Source of the DNA: Clostridia bacterium
GTDB taxonomy: Bacteria > Bacillota > Clostridia > DUPQ01
DNA: 24,719 nucleotides
Assembly (NCBI GenBank): GCA_041678685.1
Contig: JBAYNV010000013.1
Coordinates: 1 to 24,719 of the forward strand
Direction of reading: 5' to 3'
Made by a program: the position numbers and the translations under genes. The notes under the pieces were generated by a model. It was not told the origin of the DNA. It was given only the letters and a program-made list of their open reading frames with translations, and searched no databases. Within the stretch, counting starts at the first letter, position 1. Each line of letters opens with the position of its first letter. Positions 22,812-24,719 of this stretch are shown here, piece after piece.

Positions 22812-24719
22812 ATGTTTATAGATGAAAAAGTAATATTTAAAGATAATAAGATATATAGATACAGTGAAATACATATAACAGACGAAAAAAACGCTGCAAA
22901 AGGAACTATGTCATATTCGATACTCTCCGGTCATAATAAGGGGAAGGATGAGAACGATCTTATGATCACATTCGATTCCATGGCAAGCCATGACATAACA
23001 TATGTGAGCATCCTTCAGACTGCAGCGGCATGCGGTCTTACCGGTTTTCCTCTGCCATATGTCATGACAAACTGCCACAACTCGCTTTGTGCCGTCGGCG
23101 GAACAATAAATGAAGATGACCATATGTACGGATTATCTGCGGCTAAAAAATTCGGAGGCATATTCGTACCTCCTCACATCGCGGTCATACATCAGTATAT
23201 GCGTGAAATGATGGCAGGCTGCGGCAAAATGATACTGGGTTCTGACAGTCACACGCGATATGGCGCTCTGGGCACGATGGCTATAGGCGAAGGCGGAGGG
23301 GAACTGGCAAAACAGCTTTTAGGAAGACCTTACCGTATAAAATACCCGAAGATATGCCTTGTCCAGCTTACCGGTAAACTGAAACACGGAGTCGGCCCTC
23401 ACGACGTCGCTATTTATATGATAGGCGAAGTATTTAAAAAAGGGCTTGTGACAAATAAGGTGCTGGAATTTGCAGGGGAAGGCGTATCGGGACTGAGTAT
23501 GGATCAGAGGATAGGTATCGATGTGATGACTACCGAGACTGCATGCCTCTCATCGATATGGATCACCGACTCGAAAACGAAGGCATATTACAGGACGCAT
23601 GGCCGTGAGCAGGATTATGTTAAACTTGCACCTAAGAACGGTGCTATGTATGACTGTGCGCTGACTATAGATCTTTCGATGATAGAACCCATGATCGCGC
23701 TGCCGTATCATCCTTCAAATGCATATACTATACGGGATTTTCTGGATAACAGCAAAGATATACTGCACAGTCTTGACCTGGATGCACTTATGGAAAAGGC
23801 AGGGAAACGCAGCTTTTATGCCGGGCAGGGAATAATAGCGGGGTGCGCTGGAGGATCTTTCGAAAACATCTGTGAAGCGGCATGCATACTTGGCAGCGGT
23901 TCAACAGGAGATGATAAATTCTCGCTTTCCATATATCCGCAAAGCCAGCCTGTATACTATGCCCTTAATGAAAAGGGATATATCAACAGACTGATGTCTG
24001 CAGGCGCCGTCATCAAGACAGCATTCTGCGGCCCGTGTTTCGGAGCGGGGGATGTACCTGCAAACGGAACTCTGTCCGTCAGACATACGACAAGGAATTT
24101 TGAGAACAGGGAAGGTTCGGTACCAAAAGGCGGACAGTCGGCATATGTGGCGCTTATGGATGCAAGATCCGTAGCTGCTACCGCACTTAATAAAGGATTC
24201 ATAACACAGGCCTCGGATATAGACTATGAAACAGAGGATCCTAAATATGTATTCAACAGAGAGATCTATGAAAAAAGAGTATATAACGGATATGGGAAAC
24301 CCGATGAAAGCCGGCAACTGATATATGGGCCGAATATAAAACCATGGCCGGAGATACCGGAATGTCCGGAAAACCTTCTTTTAAAGGTCGCGGCAGTACT
24401 GACAGATGATGTTACTACAACTGACGAGCTGATCCCTTCGGGCGAGACGGCGTCGTACAGATCCAACCCCCTTGCACTGGCGGAATATACTCTGTCAAGG
24501 AAAGCACCGGAATATGTCCGAAACGCAAAGGAAGCTGCTCTGGAAGACGGAGTGGACGGCAGCCTCATATTTGCTAAAAAACCGGGAGACGGTTCTGCAA
24601 GAGAACAGGCTGCATCCTGCCAGAGAGTGCTCAAAGGCTATGCGAACATAGCATACTCATATGCGACAAAACGTTACAGAAGCAATCTTCTCAACTGGGG
24701 GCTGTTCCCGTTTACAGTC
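22812..24719 (+). CDS. Aconitase-family hydratase (aconitate hydratase-like), 3'-truncated by window edge
   Basis: My own translation of frame 3 from ATG 22812 gives 636 codons with no stop to the window end (not in the ORF track because it is open-ended). Motifs: GSDSHTRYGALG, IAGCAGGS, FCGPCFGAGD, RHTTRNFENREG, and swivel-domain GDGSAREQAASCQ...RSNLLNWGLFPF. Confidence 0.85.
   Translation, partial: MFIDEKVIFKDNKIYRYSEIHITDEKNAAKGTMSYSILSGHNKGKDENDLMITFDSMASHDITYVSILQTAAACGLTGFPLPYVMTNCHNSLCAVGGTINEDDHMYGLSAAKKFGGIFVPPHIAVIHQYMREMMAGCGKMILGSDSHTRYGALGTMAIGEGGGELAKQLLGRPYRIKYPKICLVQLTGKLKHGVGPHDVAIYMIGEVFKKGLVTNKVLEFAGEGVSGLSMDQRIGIDVMTTETACLSSIWITDSKTKAYYRTHGREQDYVKLAPKNGAMYDCALTIDLSMIEPMIALPYHPSNAYTIRDFLDNSKDILHSLDLDALMEKAGKRSFYAGQGIIAGCAGGSFENICEAACILGSGSTGDDKFSLSIYPQSQPVYYALNEKGYINRLMSAGAVIKTAFCGPCFGAGDVPANGTLSVRHTTRNFENREGSVPKGGQSAYVALMDARSVAATALNKGFITQASDIDYETEDPKYVFNREIYEKRVYNGYGKPDESRQLIYGPNIKPWPEIPECPENLLLKVAAVLTDDVTTTDELIPSGETASYRSNPLALAEYTLSRKAPEYVRNAKEAALEDGVDGSLIFAKKPGDGSAREQAASCQRVLKGYANIAYSYATKRYRSNLLNWGLFPFTV

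Overview
This is a chromosomal segment of low-GC Bacillota (Clostridia-like) type, about 40% GC by eye. It is almost entirely coding, with 21 CDS, and the first and last may be cut by the window edges. Most genes are housekeeping, mainly in translation. The core is the classic Firmicute supraoperon def-fmt-rsmB-rlmN-stp(PP2C)-prkC(PASTA kinase)-rsgA-rpe (6758-14908), packed with gaps of at most 26 nt or short overlaps. On the left flank are a membrane protein of unknown function, a thioredoxin-reductase-like flavoprotein, metG, a minus-strand sugar-phosphate isomerase/epimerase (TIM barrel), a RibU-like ECF S-component and an orphan MsmX/UgpC-type sugar ABC ATPase. On the right flank are a minus-strand long-form U32 protein, rqcH (NFACT), a translationally coupled aminotransferase/aldo-keto reductase/CPBP intramembrane protease trio, a minus-strand HAD hydrolase and a 3'-truncated aconitase-family hydratase. 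I saw no rRNA or tRNA genes, CRISPR arrays, transposases, integrases, phage genes or recognisable defence genes. I do not find a convincing discrete novel multi-gene system, and the region reads as ordinary core genome. The observations most worth a second look are: (1) a tandem array of terminator-like hairpin units between the ABC ATPase and def; (2) a TrxR-like enzyme that keeps its CxxC but lacks the NADPH-binding motifs; (3) a 730-aa U32 Fe-S type protein sitting among RNA-modification and ribosome genes; (4) the aminotransferase-AKR-CPBP coupling; (5) a ribU-like gene with no FMN riboswitch. All promoter and terminator calls are by-eye motif matches without energy calculations.
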